Shown here in pieces: positions 20,589 through 30,953 of a DNA stretch of 64,000 bases. Within the stretch, counting starts at the first letter, position 1, and every line of letters starts with the position of its first letter. The position numbers were made by a program, and so were the translations under genes. The notes under the pieces were generated by a model that saw only the letters and a list, made by a program, of their open reading frames with translations, ran no database searches and had not been told where the DNA came from. This DNA is from Candidatus Latescibacterota bacterium (GTDB taxonomy: Bacteria; Latescibacterota; UBA2968; GCA-2709665): the NCBI GenBank assembly GCA_965116875.1, contig OZ220733.1, positions 480,001-544,000 of the forward strand. Direction: 5' to 3'.

Positions 20589-22511
20589 TCAGTCTCCCTC
20601 CTTCGAGCCGCGTTCCTGCATCTGCCGCACAAACGAGTTTTCCGAATATCCGCCACGCACAGCCCTGAAGTCTGCCTCGACTTCGTCCGCGCCACCATCG
20701 GCGCCATATCCGATTGCCGCCGCGGCGCCAAACTCCTTTTCCGCGTCCGCCAGCACCCTTCTCGTGGCCGATGCGCGCAGTTTCCCACGCGCGGCGCCCA
20801 ATTCCTTCAGGTCCTGTGCTGTCAGCGCTTCCACGGAGGCGCCGGTTCGGTCACGGTACGTACGGCGCACCCATGCCCACTCATCCCTCTCGTACATCCC
20901 GTCGGCCAACGCGAATGCCGCATGGAACGCCGCCACCGTGCTCACGTCTCTTGAGACGATATCCGTTTCGATCTTCTCCAGGCGCGCCCCCGCAAGCAAT
21001 AAACCGCCCACGTCCGCCCAGCACGCATCGTATACCTCCCCTTCGGACGGACCCAATCCCTTTCCGTCCGCCACCCGCTGAAGGATCGTTTCAATCAGGT
21101 ACAGGTCGATCGCAGCCGCATAGCTCCTGATGCCGTGGCGCAGGACCAGGCGCCGGATCCTCACGCCGTTGTGGCGCACGTGCTCCACGTCTCGCGGTGT
21201 TTTGTCATACAAAGCGGTGAGAAGCGCCTCGCCCCGCTTCATTCGCTCGACCGTATAGGGACTGAACACTTCGTACCGGATTCTGTCGCGCCTGTCGGAT
21301 GCCGTCCGCCGGTCCCGGTTCGGCCACTTGTCGCCGTCGCGAACGGTACCTGCCGTGTGCAGGTTCATCGCAGGCGTGAGAAAACTCGCGCCCCTTTCCT
21401 CGACGAGGTACGAAAACGGTAAATCCCGGGTATCGAAGTTCGTCATGTGCTTGCCGATGACGACCGTGAACGGTCCGACCGCGCTCGGCAGGAGCATATA
21501 GGATGACGACCCCGTCTTGCTTCCTCGTTCGAGTATACCCTGGTGTACGGGGCCCAGCTTATACATGTGGTTGCTCTGGTTCGTCCCGCTTCCGGCATTG
21601 TAGAACGAATAGAGTCCCGCAATCAGAAGCGTGCTTTTGTGGTGCGTTACCGTGTAGGGACCGCCGAACACAGCGCAGGCTTCGCCGTTATAGCACTCCG
21701 AATTGGCGAAAAAGAGGGAATTCTCGGCCGAAAACTGCTTTCCAACCTGGACGCCCTGCCCGATAAAGCACCGGGACAGGATTGCGCCGCTTTCCACACT
21801 GGAGCCTTCCGCGATGATGAAATCCTCGGCCACAACGGACGCGCCGACTCGCGAACGCGCGTCCGTTTCACTCAATACGGTTCCGTTCTTCAGCATGGCC
21901 GCACCGACGACCTCCGCGCAGCAACCGATGTTTACATCCTGAATCTCATTTACATGCGCGACGACGGCGCGTTCGCCAACCACGCCCGTATCCGAGGTGA
22001 CGTCCGCGATGTACGCATCGACCATCTCCTGCAGGCGCAACGTCATCTCCGTCCGGTACCGGTGCATGCTCATCACGTATGCGAACTGGCTGGACATCTC
22101 GTTGAACATCGGCACCTCGCGCCCGCCACCCTCGTTAACGGTTTCCAAAACCACACCGTTTCCGAATACCGCACCGGCACGCGTCACCATCTGCCCGACG
22201 TCCGTTACGACCGCACCCTCGCCGATCCTGTAGTTCGCGAGGAGACCGCGAACCCGGGTCACCCGCACGTTGTCGCCCAGTACGCAATCAATCAGGGTTG
22301 CGTCCGAGATTTCCGCCGGTAAATCCGCGCCGGCAAAGGACACGTCTCCCTCCACGACGCCCAGCTTGTTCTGTCCGTAGAATCCGACACACCTCACCCG
22401 ATCCGGTTTGAATCCGTGCTTCACTTCGACCCTGGACCAATCCGGGGATTCGCACCCGTTCCGTTCCAGTTCCTCGACCTCGGCCCGCGAAAGCGCCCGA
22501 TAGCCATCCAT
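20589..22511 (-). CDS. DUF4954-family protein
   Basis: VNEGGGREV, GPYTVTHHKSTLLIAG and NAGSGTNQSNHMYKLGPVHQG motifs. Confidence 0.85.
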   Translation of the reverse strand: MDGYRALSRAEVEELERNGCESPDWSRVEVKHGFKPDRVRCVGFYGQNKLGVVEGDVSFAGADLPAEISDATLIDCVLGDNVRVTRVRGLLANYRIGEGAVVTDVGQMVTRAGAVFGNGVVLETVNEGGGREVPMFNEMSSQFAYVMSMHRYRTEMTLRLQEMVDAYIADVTSDTGVVGERAVVAHVNEIQDVNIGCCAEVVGAAMLKNGTVLSETDARSRVGASVVAEDFIIAEGSSVESGAILSRCFIGQGVQVGKQFSAENSLFFANSECYNGEACAVFGGPYTVTHHKSTLLIAGLYSFYNAGSGTNQSNHMYKLGPVHQGILERGSKTGSSSYMLLPSAVGPFTVVIGKHMTNFDTRDLPFSYLVEERGASFLTPAMNLHTAGTVRDGDKWPNRDRRTASDRRDRIRYEVFSPYTVERMKRGEALLTALYDKTPRDVEHVRHNGVRIRRLVLRHGIRSYAAAIDLYLIETILQRVADGKGLGPSEGEVYDACWADVGGLLLAGARLEKIETDIVSRDVSTVAAFHAAFALADGMYERDEWAWVRRTYRDRTGASVEALTAQDLKELGAARGKLRASATRRVLADAEKEFGAAAAIGYGADGGADEVEADFRAVRGGYSENSFVRQMQERGSKEGD

Positions 22512-22767
22512 GTGTGAATTCTCCTTCCCATCTCAGTTCATCGGTGCGTATCTTGCTGAAAAACCGGTCATTATCGAATCAGGAGGGCGGGTAAGATATC
22601 CTGCGCCGCATCCGACGGCAAGCGTTTTCTGCCGAATTCCCGTCCGGTTCCGCACCTCCCGGTTCGAGGGCAAAAACCTTTACTTCAATCCGGCCATTTG
22701 GTATATTGTCTTTCCTTTTCAGGCAGCCGCCAATCCAGAATACAGCGTTCCACGACGGGAGTACCGG

Positions 22768-23520
22768 ATGTCCGGCAGCATCAAACTCGAAGTCTGCGAC
22801 ACGAGCGCCGACGTAGCGGACAAAGCGTCGGAAACCATCGCAGATCTGATCCGCACAACACCGAATGCGGTGATCGGCCTGGCCACGGGATCCACACCGG
22901 AACAGACCTACGCGAGACTTTCCGATTTGCATCGTAACGAGGGTCTCCGATTCGTCAGGGTGACCTCCTTCAACCTGGACGAATACTGGGGCCTCGACGG
23001 CGATCACGATCAGAGCTACCGTTATTTCATGAACGACCGCCTTTTTCGGAAGATCGACATTCAACCCTGGAATACCCATGTCCTGAACGGTACCGCCGTC
23101 AATCCCGAATTGGAGTGCAGGGCCTTCGAGACGAAAATCCTTGCGGCAGGCGGCATCGACCTGTGGCTGCTCGGTATCGGCACCAACGGTCATATCGCAT
23201 TCAACGAACCCGGTAGCGCCGTTGACAGCCGCACGCGTCTCGTCAACCTTGCGCCGAGTACGATTGCCGCGAACAGTGACGGCCGTTTCTTCAAGGATGC
23301 CGCCAGTGTCCCCCGATTCGCCCTCTCGGCCGGAATCGGTACCATTCGGGAGGCACGGCGTATTCTTCTGCTGGCCACCGGATCCGGGAAGGCAGATGCC
23401 GTTGCGCAGTCCCTGGAAGGACCGCCATCAACGGACTGCCCGGCCAGCCTTCTGCAGAGCCACCCGGACTGCACGTTCATCGTGGACCGCGAAGCGGCTT
23501 CCAGGCTTGGATCCGGTTGA
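22768..23520 (+). CDS. nagB: Glucosamine-6-phosphate deaminase
   Basis: GLATGSTP, FNLDEY and GIGTNGHIAFNEP motifs. Confidence 0.96.
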   Translation: MSGSIKLEVCDTSADVADKASETIADLIRTTPNAVIGLATGSTPEQTYARLSDLHRNEGLRFVRVTSFNLDEYWGLDGDHDQSYRYFMNDRLFRKIDIQPWNTHVLNGTAVNPELECRAFETKILAAGGIDLWLLGIGTNGHIAFNEPGSAVDSRTRLVNLAPSTIAANSDGRFFKDAASVPRFALSAGIGTIREARRILLLATGSGKADAVAQSLEGPPSTDCPASLLQSHPDCTFIVDREAASRLGSG

Positions 23521-23601
23521 ATCCGAACGCAAACACCATCCGTCGCGCCGCAGCGCAACGGGACTACCTTCCAGTTTCTCCGCATTTTCAGGGAGCGTCA
23601 A

Positions 23602-23847
23602 ATGGATCGCGAATCAGTCAAGGCAGGCGTATACCAGGTGATTTCGAGGGTTCTTGGAATCGACACAGCCGAGGTCGCGGAGGATCAGAGCTTCACGGCG
23701 GATCTGGGCGCCGAATCCGTTCAATCCGTAGAACTCATGGCCGGATTCGAAGAGGAATTCGAAATAGAGATGGACGAAGATGAAGCCCTGGCCGTACAGA
23801 CCGTGGGTGGCGCCATCGACTTCATCGCACAGTATGTGAACGATTGA
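23602..23847 (+). CDS. Acyl carrier protein with variant attachment motif
   Basis: 81 aa, acidic; DLGAESVQSVELM..FEEEFEIE; TVGGAI. Confidence 0.88.
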   Translation: MDRESVKAGVYQVISRVLGIDTAEVAEDQSFTADLGAESVQSVELMAGFEEEFEIEMDEDEALAVQTVGGAIDFIAQYVND

Positions 23848-23888
23848 TTCCGCACCACAGGCCCCCGATATTCCCAGGAGCGTACCCC

Positions 23889-25280
23889 ATGAAGACAGGA
23901 GACCTGATCGAAGTTGACGAGCCGAATCTCCTTGACGAGCAGTTTGACTACAATCTGCCGCCCAGGATTCTGTTTGACGGTCCGCTATATGAAGAAATCG
24001 GAGACCAACTCGTCAGATTCGACCCCGAAGAAGCCCTCGCCCGTGACCTCGTTATCACCGACACGACCTTTCGGGATGGTCAGCAGGCCCGCCCGCCGTA
24101 CACGGTCGAGCAGCAGGTCAGACTCTACGACATGATGGCCAGGCTCGGCGGACCCAACGGCGTGATCCGGCAGACCGAGTTCTTTCTCTACACGAAAAAC
24201 GACCGGCGCACCCTCGAGGAATGCCGCGCGCTGGGGCACCGTTTTCCGGAAATCACCTCCTGGATCCGGGCGGACAAGGGCGACTTCCGCCTGGTTAAGG
24301 AAGCCGGTGTGCGGGAAACCGGAATGCTCACGCCCAGTTCCGACTACCACATCTTCTACAAACTGAAGAAAGACCGACGGAAGGCATTCAACGACTACCT
24401 GGAGGTTGTGGAAGCCGCCTGGGAGTCCGGCATACGGCCTCGGTGTCACCTCGAAGACGTCACCCGGGCGGACATCGACGGATACGTCCTGCCATTCGTC
24501 CAGGAACTGATGCGCCGTTCCGAGCAGGTTGCTCCCGAACTGCGCGCAAAAATCCGGCTCTGCGACACCATGGGATTCGGGATCAGCTATCCGGGCGCGA
24601 GCCTCCCGCGGTCGATTCCCAAGCTCGTCTACCGGATGACCAACGACGGCGGAGTCCCGCACGATTGCCTGGAATGGCACGGGCACAACGACTTCCACAA
24701 GGTTCACGTCAACGGGGCTACCGCATGGCTCTACGGCTGCAATGCGCTCAACACCACGCTGTTCGGTTTCGGCGAACGCACCGGCAATCCGCCGCTGGAG
24801 GGCGCCATCCTCGAATACATCGGCCTTCGCGGGAGCCTTTTCGGCATAGACACCATGATGATCCAGGAGATGGCCGAGTACATGCGCTCCATCGGCGTGG
24901 ACATCGCGCCGAACTACCCGTTTGTGGGCAGGGACTTCAACACCACGCGGGCCGGGATCCACGCGGGCGGGCTGCGTTCCGATGAACGCATCTACAATAT
25001 TTTCGATACCACCGCACTGTTCGGACGTCCTCCGAGGGTGGCCATAACCGACAAGACCGGTGTCGACGGGGTGGCCCTCTGGGTCAATGAGTTCCTGGGT
25101 CTCAAGGGCAGCGACCGGCTCAGCAAGATCAAAGTGCACAAGGTCGCCCGCTGGGTGATGGACCAGTACGAAGTGCATGGACGGATGAGCGCGATTACGG
25201 ACGAGGAACTGGAAGAACAGGTCAAGATGAACCTCCCGGACCGGTACGCAACCTGTCAGGCCGGCCGCAAAGCCGGCTGA
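23889..25280 (+). CDS. Re-citrate synthase-like DRE-TIM metallolyase
   Basis: DTTFRDGQQA, RCHLED, WHGHNDF, GERTGN and TRAGIHA motifs; no LeuA regulatory domain. Confidence 0.85.
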   Translation: MKTGDLIEVDEPNLLDEQFDYNLPPRILFDGPLYEEIGDQLVRFDPEEALARDLVITDTTFRDGQQARPPYTVEQQVRLYDMMARLGGPNGVIRQTEFFLYTKNDRRTLEECRALGHRFPEITSWIRADKGDFRLVKEAGVRETGMLTPSSDYHIFYKLKKDRRKAFNDYLEVVEAAWESGIRPRCHLEDVTRADIDGYVLPFVQELMRRSEQVAPELRAKIRLCDTMGFGISYPGASLPRSIPKLVYRMTNDGGVPHDCLEWHGHNDFHKVHVNGATAWLYGCNALNTTLFGFGERTGNPPLEGAILEYIGLRGSLFGIDTMMIQEMAEYMRSIGVDIAPNYPFVGRDFNTTRAGIHAGGLRSDERIYNIFDTTALFGRPPRVAITDKTGVDGVALWVNEFLGLKGSDRLSKIKVHKVARWVMDQYEVHGRMSAITDEELEEQVKMNLPDRYATCQAGRKAG

Positions 25281-25324
25281 TCCGCTCATTTCGCCTTGCA
25301 ATTCCGAACTCCTGGCGGATACTC

Positions 25325-26344
25325 GTGACGACCCGCACCGTCTCACACACCGCACTCAACGCCTTTTGCGTTGAGCTCCTCCAGGCGGCGGGTGTGCCTG
25401 AAACCGACGCCCGAATCACGGCCCGCATCCAGGTTGAAGCGGATCTCCGCGGCGTGCATTCTCACGGTGCCCGCGCCATTGCGGGCTATATCCGACAAAT
25501 CCTGCAAGGCGATATCAACCCCGACGCCCATCCAGGTATCCTGAGCGAGGGGGCCGCGTACGTTCACACGGACGCGGATAACGCCCTCGGACAGGTGTCC
25601 GCGTACAGGGCGATGCAATGCGCGATCCGGAAAGCCGAGGGATCGGGCATCGGCATGGCCGCAGTGCGGAATACCAATCATTACGGCGCCGCGGCCTACT
25701 ACGCCAACATGGCGGCCGAGGCCGGTATGGTGGGATTCAACACCACCGGTGGACGCCAGAACCGGGGCAACATGGCGCCGTACGGCAGCATCGAACCCGC
25801 AATCGGGAACGCGCCATTCGCCTACGGGATCCCCGCCGGGCGGGAACGCCCCATCATCCTGGATATGGCCACGGGTGTGGTTGCCGCCGGCAAAATCGGA
25901 ATTGCCCGGGACCGCGGACAGAAGATCCCCCTGGGGTGGGCGCTGGACGCGGCGGGAAATCCCACGGACGACCCGGCTGAAGCACGGATCGTCGTACCTC
26001 TCGGCCCCAAGGGATCGGGACTCGCCATTGTAATGCATTGTATCGGGGGCATCCTGGCGGGCGCTGCGTTTCCGGACGTGGAGAAGTTCGGCTATCTGTT
26101 CATCGCGATCGACGTCTCGACATTTGCCGATCCCAAACCCTTTGCGGCAGAAGTCGACGCCCGTATTCAGACCATCCGCGAGGCCACGCCGGCGCCCGGT
26201 GTCGACCGCGTTTACTACCCCGGTGAGCCCGAGTGGATCACCCGCGAACACCATCTCGAAAATGGTATCCCCATGCTTCTTCCGCATGTGACCGATCTCG
26301 AGTCCGTCGCCCGCCAACTCGGCGTATCGACGCGCCTGGGATGA
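25325..26344 (+). CDS. Ldh_2-family oxidoreductase (malate/L-lactate/ureidoglycolate dehydrogenase-like)
   Basis: ADLRGVHSHG, NHYG, LDMAT and KGSGL motifs. Confidence 0.92.
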   Translation: MTTRTVSHTALNAFCVELLQAAGVPETDARITARIQVEADLRGVHSHGARAIAGYIRQILQGDINPDAHPGILSEGAAYVHTDADNALGQVSAYRAMQCAIRKAEGSGIGMAAVRNTNHYGAAAYYANMAAEAGMVGFNTTGGRQNRGNMAPYGSIEPAIGNAPFAYGIPAGRERPIILDMATGVVAAGKIGIARDRGQKIPLGWALDAAGNPTDDPAEARIVVPLGPKGSGLAIVMHCIGGILAGAAFPDVEKFGYLFIAIDVSTFADPKPFAAEVDARIQTIREATPAPGVDRVYYPGEPEWITREHHLENGIPMLLPHVTDLESVARQLGVSTRLG

Positions 26345-26444
26345 CGCTCGCATCCGGAACCTGCCGCTGAAAATGGGTTCGGGTTGATCGCTGATTCCGT
26401 CCGGCTGCACCGCACAAAATGCCTGCCCGATCTGCAAACAACCG

Positions 26445-27176
26445 ATGGACATCCTTGCAATCACAGCCACCGCATTCGAGCAGGAGACGCTCAGAAGCAG
26501 TATTTCGCACTCCACCACGCGCACCTTCGCTCACAGGGTGCGCACCGAGGGCAAACTGGGGTCGCGTCGCGTCACCCTGATCGAGACGGGTATCGGCGCC
26601 GTCAATACCGCGCAGGCGCTCACCGCGGCTCTGGAGTCCTGCCGGCCGGATTTCGTACTGCAGGTCGGCGTCGGCGGCGCTTACGCCGGTTCTCAACTCA
26701 ACGTGGGTGACCTCGCCGTGGCCACCGAGGAAAACGACGGGGAACTGGGGATCCTTGCGCCCGGCGGCTGGCTTTCGGCCGACTGCATCGGCATTCCCGT
26801 TCCGAGCGGGAACCGGAACCACTACAATACCTTTCCACTCGACGCGGTCCTGGCCCGGCGCGCGGAAATGCTGATCCGCAACGTACGTCCGGAGGCGGTT
26901 CCGGCCGTGCGCTCCGGTCCTTTCGTTACTGTACAGCAATGCAGCGGCCTCGCTGCCAGAGGCAACGAACTCGCAGCGCGGTTCCAGGCGATCTGCGAGA
27001 ATATGGAGGGCGCGGCCGCCGCGCGCGTCTGCGCGCTGTACGACGTTCCTTTCATCGAACTGCGAAGCATCAGCAACCTCGTGGAAGACCGGAACACGGA
27101 CGCCTGGAAGCTCCCACTGGCCTCAGAGAATGCGCAAAGGGCCGCGCGTGTCCTGATGGAAAACCTGACGCCCTGA
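26445..27176 (+). CDS. mqnB: Futalosine hydrolase
   Basis: PNP/UDP fold, GIGAVN, ENMEGAA and RSISNLVEDR; adjacent to mqnD. Confidence 0.9.
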   Translation: MDILAITATAFEQETLRSSISHSTTRTFAHRVRTEGKLGSRRVTLIETGIGAVNTAQALTAALESCRPDFVLQVGVGGAYAGSQLNVGDLAVATEENDGELGILAPGGWLSADCIGIPVPSGNRNHYNTFPLDAVLARRAEMLIRNVRPEAVPAVRSGPFVTVQQCSGLAARGNELAARFQAICENMEGAAAARVCALYDVPFIELRSISNLVEDRNTDAWKLPLASENAQRAARVLMENLTP

Positions 27177-27222
27177 GAAGCTGTCTCGAAATCTCCAGCG
27201 GTCTTCGCGTATCTCGAGGCTC
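27177..27222. repeat. MITE-like family 2, internally deleted copy
   Basis: GAAGCTGTCTCGAAATCTCCAGCGGTCTTCGCG matches the end of the 35719 copy. Confidence 0.65.
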
Positions 27223-27224
27223 CG

Positions 27225-28058
27225 ATGGCCATCGTTTCGCTCGGCTATTCTCCCAGCCCGAACGACAATTACATTTTCTACGGACTCGCCCATGGCAAGA
27301 TCTCCGGCGCACCCGTGTTTGAGACGATCCTCGATGACATAGAAGCGCTCAACCGTCTGGCCATCGACGGCCGATTGGACGTCACCAAAGTTTCCTTTCA
27401 CGCACTGGGCCACCTTCGGGACCGGTACTGCCTCCTCCATTCGGGCGGCGCCCTGGGCCGCGGCTGCGGTCCTCTCGTTGTGGCCGTGAGACCCATGAAG
27501 CCGTCGGAACTGACCTGTGAAAAAATCGCGATTCCCGGAAGGCTCACTACCGCCACCCTGCTTCTGCGGCTGTTCCAGCCCTCCCTCGACAATCTCGTCG
27601 TTCTGCCTTACCACCGCATTATGGATGCCGTACGGACGGGCGAAGTCGGCGCCGGGCTGATCATTCACGAAAGCCGTTTCACCTATCCCGATTTCGGGCT
27701 GCACGAAGTCATCGACCTGGGCGATTGGTGGGAACGCAGCACCGGCCACCCCATTCCGCTTGGAGGCATCCTTGCCCGCCGCAACCTGGGCGCCGACCGG
27801 ATCCGCGCCATCGATAAAGCTGTGCGGGAAAGCGTGGAATATGCCCACGCACACGCGGGACGGGTCCGGGAGGACATCCTCCGGAATGCACCGGAAATGG
27901 ATGCGTCGGTCGTGCAACGGTTCATCGACCTGTACGTCAACACCTATACTCTGGACTACGGTCCGGACGGGGAGGCCGCAATTGCCGATATCGTCACGCG
28001 GGCCGAAACGGCTCGCATCATTCCGACATCCGAAAAGTCTCTCTTTGTCGACGGGTAA
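27225..28058 (+). CDS. mqnD: 1,4-dihydroxy-6-naphthoate synthase
   Basis: SPSPND, GGALGRGCGP, IIHESRFTY, PIPLGG and LYVN motifs. Confidence 0.95.
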   Translation: MAIVSLGYSPSPNDNYIFYGLAHGKISGAPVFETILDDIEALNRLAIDGRLDVTKVSFHALGHLRDRYCLLHSGGALGRGCGPLVVAVRPMKPSELTCEKIAIPGRLTTATLLLRLFQPSLDNLVVLPYHRIMDAVRTGEVGAGLIIHESRFTYPDFGLHEVIDLGDWWERSTGHPIPLGGILARRNLGADRIRAIDKAVRESVEYAHAHAGRVREDILRNAPEMDASVVQRFIDLYVNTYTLDYGPDGEAAIADIVTRAETARIIPTSEKSLFVDG

Positions 28059-28076
28059 GTGAAAGGAGTCGCTTCA

Positions 28077-28982
28077 ATGTCCAGACCCAGGATCGGATTC
28101 ATCGGACTCGGGATTATGGGAAAACCGATGTCCAAACACCTGCTCGCAGCCGGTTACGACGTTGTTGTACACAATCGAAGCCGGGAACCCGTGGCCGAAC
28201 TGGTTGACGCCGGAGCCAGCGAAGCCCACTCCCCCAGGGAGGTAGCCGAACATAGTTCGGTCATCATCACGATGTTGCCCGACTCTCCGGACGTGGAGGC
28301 GGTCGCTCTCGGACCCGGCGGCCTCATTGAAGGCGTGAGCCGGGGCGACGTCTACATCGACATGAGTACGATCGCACCCACAGTCTCCCAGGACGTGGGC
28401 CGGGCGATGGCCGAAAAAGGCGCTCGCTGCCTGGATGCGCCGGTGAGCGGAGGCGACGTCGGCGCGCAGAATGCCACCCTTTCCATCATGGTGGGCGGCG
28501 ACGAGGAGGCGTTCAACTCAGTCAAGCCCATTTTTGCGGCGATGGGTCAGAATATCGTACTGTGCGGGCCGCTCGGCGCCGGTCAGACCGTGAAGGCCTG
28601 CAACCAGGTCCTGGTTGCCGTCACCATTGCCGGGGTGTCCGAAGCATTGACCCTCGGCGCCAGGGCGGGCGTAGACCCGGCCAACATCGTGCGGGTCCTG
28701 AGCGGGGGTCTTGCGCGGTGCGGAGTACTTGAAAACCGGGGAGAGCGTATGGTCAACGGCGACTTCGACCCCGGCTTCCGCATCCGGCTTCACTACAAAG
28801 ACCTCAATATCATCATGAAAACCGGCAGCGACTTCAATGTGCCGCTGCCGGTTACGAGCATTGTACACGAACTGTTCAACCTGGCGATGGCCAGGGACCG
28901 GGGCGAACTGGATCACTCCGGTCTGTTGACCGTCGTCGAAGACCTGGCCGGCGTACAGGCGCGTACGGCCGACGCGGGCTGA
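28077..28982 (+). CDS. 2-hydroxy-3-oxopropionate reductase (GarR/GlxR-like)
   Basis: GFIGLGIMGKPM, DAPVSGG, GQTVKACNQ and KDL motifs. Confidence 0.88.
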   Translation: MSRPRIGFIGLGIMGKPMSKHLLAAGYDVVVHNRSREPVAELVDAGASEAHSPREVAEHSSVIITMLPDSPDVEAVALGPGGLIEGVSRGDVYIDMSTIAPTVSQDVGRAMAEKGARCLDAPVSGGDVGAQNATLSIMVGGDEEAFNSVKPIFAAMGQNIVLCGPLGAGQTVKACNQVLVAVTIAGVSEALTLGARAGVDPANIVRVLSGGLARCGVLENRGERMVNGDFDPGFRIRLHYKDLNIIMKTGSDFNVPLPVTSIVHELFNLAMARDRGELDHSGLLTVVEDLAGVQARTADAG

Positions 28983-28989
28983 CGCGCCC

Positions 28990-29559
28990 TCACGCCGTCC
29001 AGCGCATCACGTCCTCCAGCGGCTTTCGCCTGGGCTTCGGGATCTCGCGCGGATACCCCGTGTAGAAGAAACCGATGATATATTCACGGTCCCGATCCAT
29101 GCCGAGCAACTCGTAGGTTTCCTTCCGCATGGTAATGGGACCGGTGCTCCACTGCATTCCCACGCCCAACTCCCATGCCGCGAGCTGCACGTTCTGCATC
29201 GCGCAGCAGACCGCCGCATAGTCCTCCCGCCGCTGCTGTTCGTCTCCTTCCTGGACGCAGGATACGGCGACGATTGAGGGTTTGGACATAAACTTGTCGT
29301 AACCCGCCTGCCACAGCTTCCTGCGGCTCTCACTATCTGCATGTTCCGGCGCCTTGCCTTCCTGGATGTCCGCGTATCGCCGCCCAAGCGCTTCTTTCGT
29401 GCGCTCCCCCAGAACGACAAAACGCCACGGCTCCGTGACATGGTGATTCGGCGCCCACAGGCCGAACTCGAAAATGCGTTTCAGCATTTCGCCGGAGACG
29501 GGCCTCGAATTGAATTTAAAGATCGTGCGCCGCGCCTTCAACACATCCAGTACATCCAT
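28990..29559 (-). CDS. Nitroreductase family protein
   Basis: RRTI, WAPNHHVTEPWRF and QNVQLAAW motifs. Confidence 0.9.
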   Translation of the reverse strand: MDVLDVLKARRTIFKFNSRPVSGEMLKRIFEFGLWAPNHHVTEPWRFVVLGERTKEALGRRYADIQEGKAPEHADSESRRKLWQAGYDKFMSKPSIVAVSCVQEGDEQQRREDYAAVCCAMQNVQLAAWELGVGMQWSTGPITMRKETYELLGMDRDREYIIGFFYTGYPREIPKPRRKPLEDVMRWTA

Positions 29560-29639
29560 CCATCCGACCCTCCAGAAAATGGCAGAACACGCCGGCGCCG
29601 CGGTTGGCGTTCATCCGGGAACCGCCGGCGGACGCACAG

Positions 29640-30893
29640 TCAGACACGTTGCCCCAACAACGCCTCCGTGACCTTTCGCACCGCCCGAACGGCGGCGTTC
29701 GCCTCGCCCTCCGTATTGTGCTGGGTCAACCGGACCGCTCCCACGCGTTCTCCGCAGGTCCTGGCGTTGGGGCACCCATCGAGCGGATACGCATTTTTTT
29801 CGAGCCGGCCGGGCCTGTAGCTGTTGAACGCCGCGGGGTCCCTGTGCAACCTCCGGAAGACCTTCCATTCGATGACGTACTGCTGAGGTTTGGCGAACGC
29901 CGGAATGCCCTCCGCCGCGACCATCCGGCAGAACTCCGCCGCATTCACCCCGAGTACCTCCGGATCTACCGAAAACAGGGCCCACCAGTAACTGGGTTTC
30001 GCACCCTGCGGCTGTGGATGCGGCTTGACGCCCGGCAACCCCGCAATCCCCCGATCGAACGTATCGCCGAACGCCTGGCGACTGGCGATCCACCCCGGTA
30101 CCCGTTTGAGTTGCACGGACGCCAATGCGGCGTTGACGTCGCTCAACCGCACGTTCAACGCCGGGAATGCGGGCGTTGCCGGCGCGCCGGGGAACCTCGG
30201 ATAGCATTTGTCGGAAAACAAATCCGCTGTTTCCGCCAATTTGCGGCTTCGGGTCAAAGCAAACCCTCCTTCGCCTGACTTCATGTGCTTGCTTTCGTTT
30301 GTACTCCATGCGCCGAGTTGTCCGAACGTGCCGAGATATCTGCCCTTGATGGACGCGAGATGCGCCTGCGCGCAATCTTCGACGACCATCAGTCGATGTC
30401 TGCGGGCCACCCTCATGACCGCGGGCATATCCACCGCGTACCCACCGTTATGAATTGGCATAATCGCCCGGGTGAACGGTGTGATTGCTGATTCCATCGC
30501 GGCCACGTCCATCAAAAGACCGTCCCGTTGCACGTCCGCAAAAACGGGTATCGCGTTCAGCTGAAAAATTCCCATAATGCTGCCATAGTCGGTCAGGGGG
30601 CTCAATATGACCTCGTCTCCAGCGCCGATACCGGCAGCAGCCAGCGCTACGTGAATGGCCGCGCTCCCTGAACTCGTCGGCACGGCATACGGCAACCCGT
30701 ACAGCTTCTGCAACCCCTCGCGATAGGCCATGACGGCCTTACCGCGCGCCAGGGGCAGCGCCGGGCCGGAAAGCAACTTCTCCAACGCAGCCAGTTCCTC
30801 CCTGAAGTGGAACGCTCCCGAACGCCACGGCTTGCGATGTACCGGCCGGCCGCCGTGAATCGCCAGATCGGACTTTCTCGTGCCTGTTGCCAA
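29640..30893 (-). CDS. DegT/DnrJ/EryC1/StrS-family PLP aminotransferase
   Basis: SSGSAA, EDCAQAH, SKHMKSGEGG; TTG start after AAGGAGG. Confidence 0.9.
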   Translation of the reverse strand: MATGTRKSDLAIHGGRPVHRKPWRSGAFHFREELAALEKLLSGPALPLARGKAVMAYREGLQKLYGLPYAVPTSSGSAAIHVALAAAGIGAGDEVILSPLTDYGSIMGIFQLNAIPVFADVQRDGLLMDVAAMESAITPFTRAIMPIHNGGYAVDMPAVMRVARRHRLMVVEDCAQAHLASIKGRYLGTFGQLGAWSTNESKHMKSGEGGFALTRSRKLAETADLFSDKCYPRFPGAPATPAFPALNVRLSDVNAALASVQLKRVPGWIASRQAFGDTFDRGIAGLPGVKPHPQPQGAKPSYWWALFSVDPEVLGVNAAEFCRMVAAEGIPAFAKPQQYVIEWKVFRRLHRDPAAFNSYRPGRLEKNAYPLDGCPNARTCGERVGAVRLTQHNTEGEANAAVRAVRKVTEALLGQRV

Positions 30894-30953
30894 ACCACCC
30901 TCCTTGCATATTGAACCGGCAAACCTGCAGAGCCTTACGCTCCGTCGTCTAAA

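Noticed and set aside
26445-28058. mqnB-mqnD as a novel pathway
   Set aside because: Well-described futalosine menaquinone pathway genes, commonly dispersed
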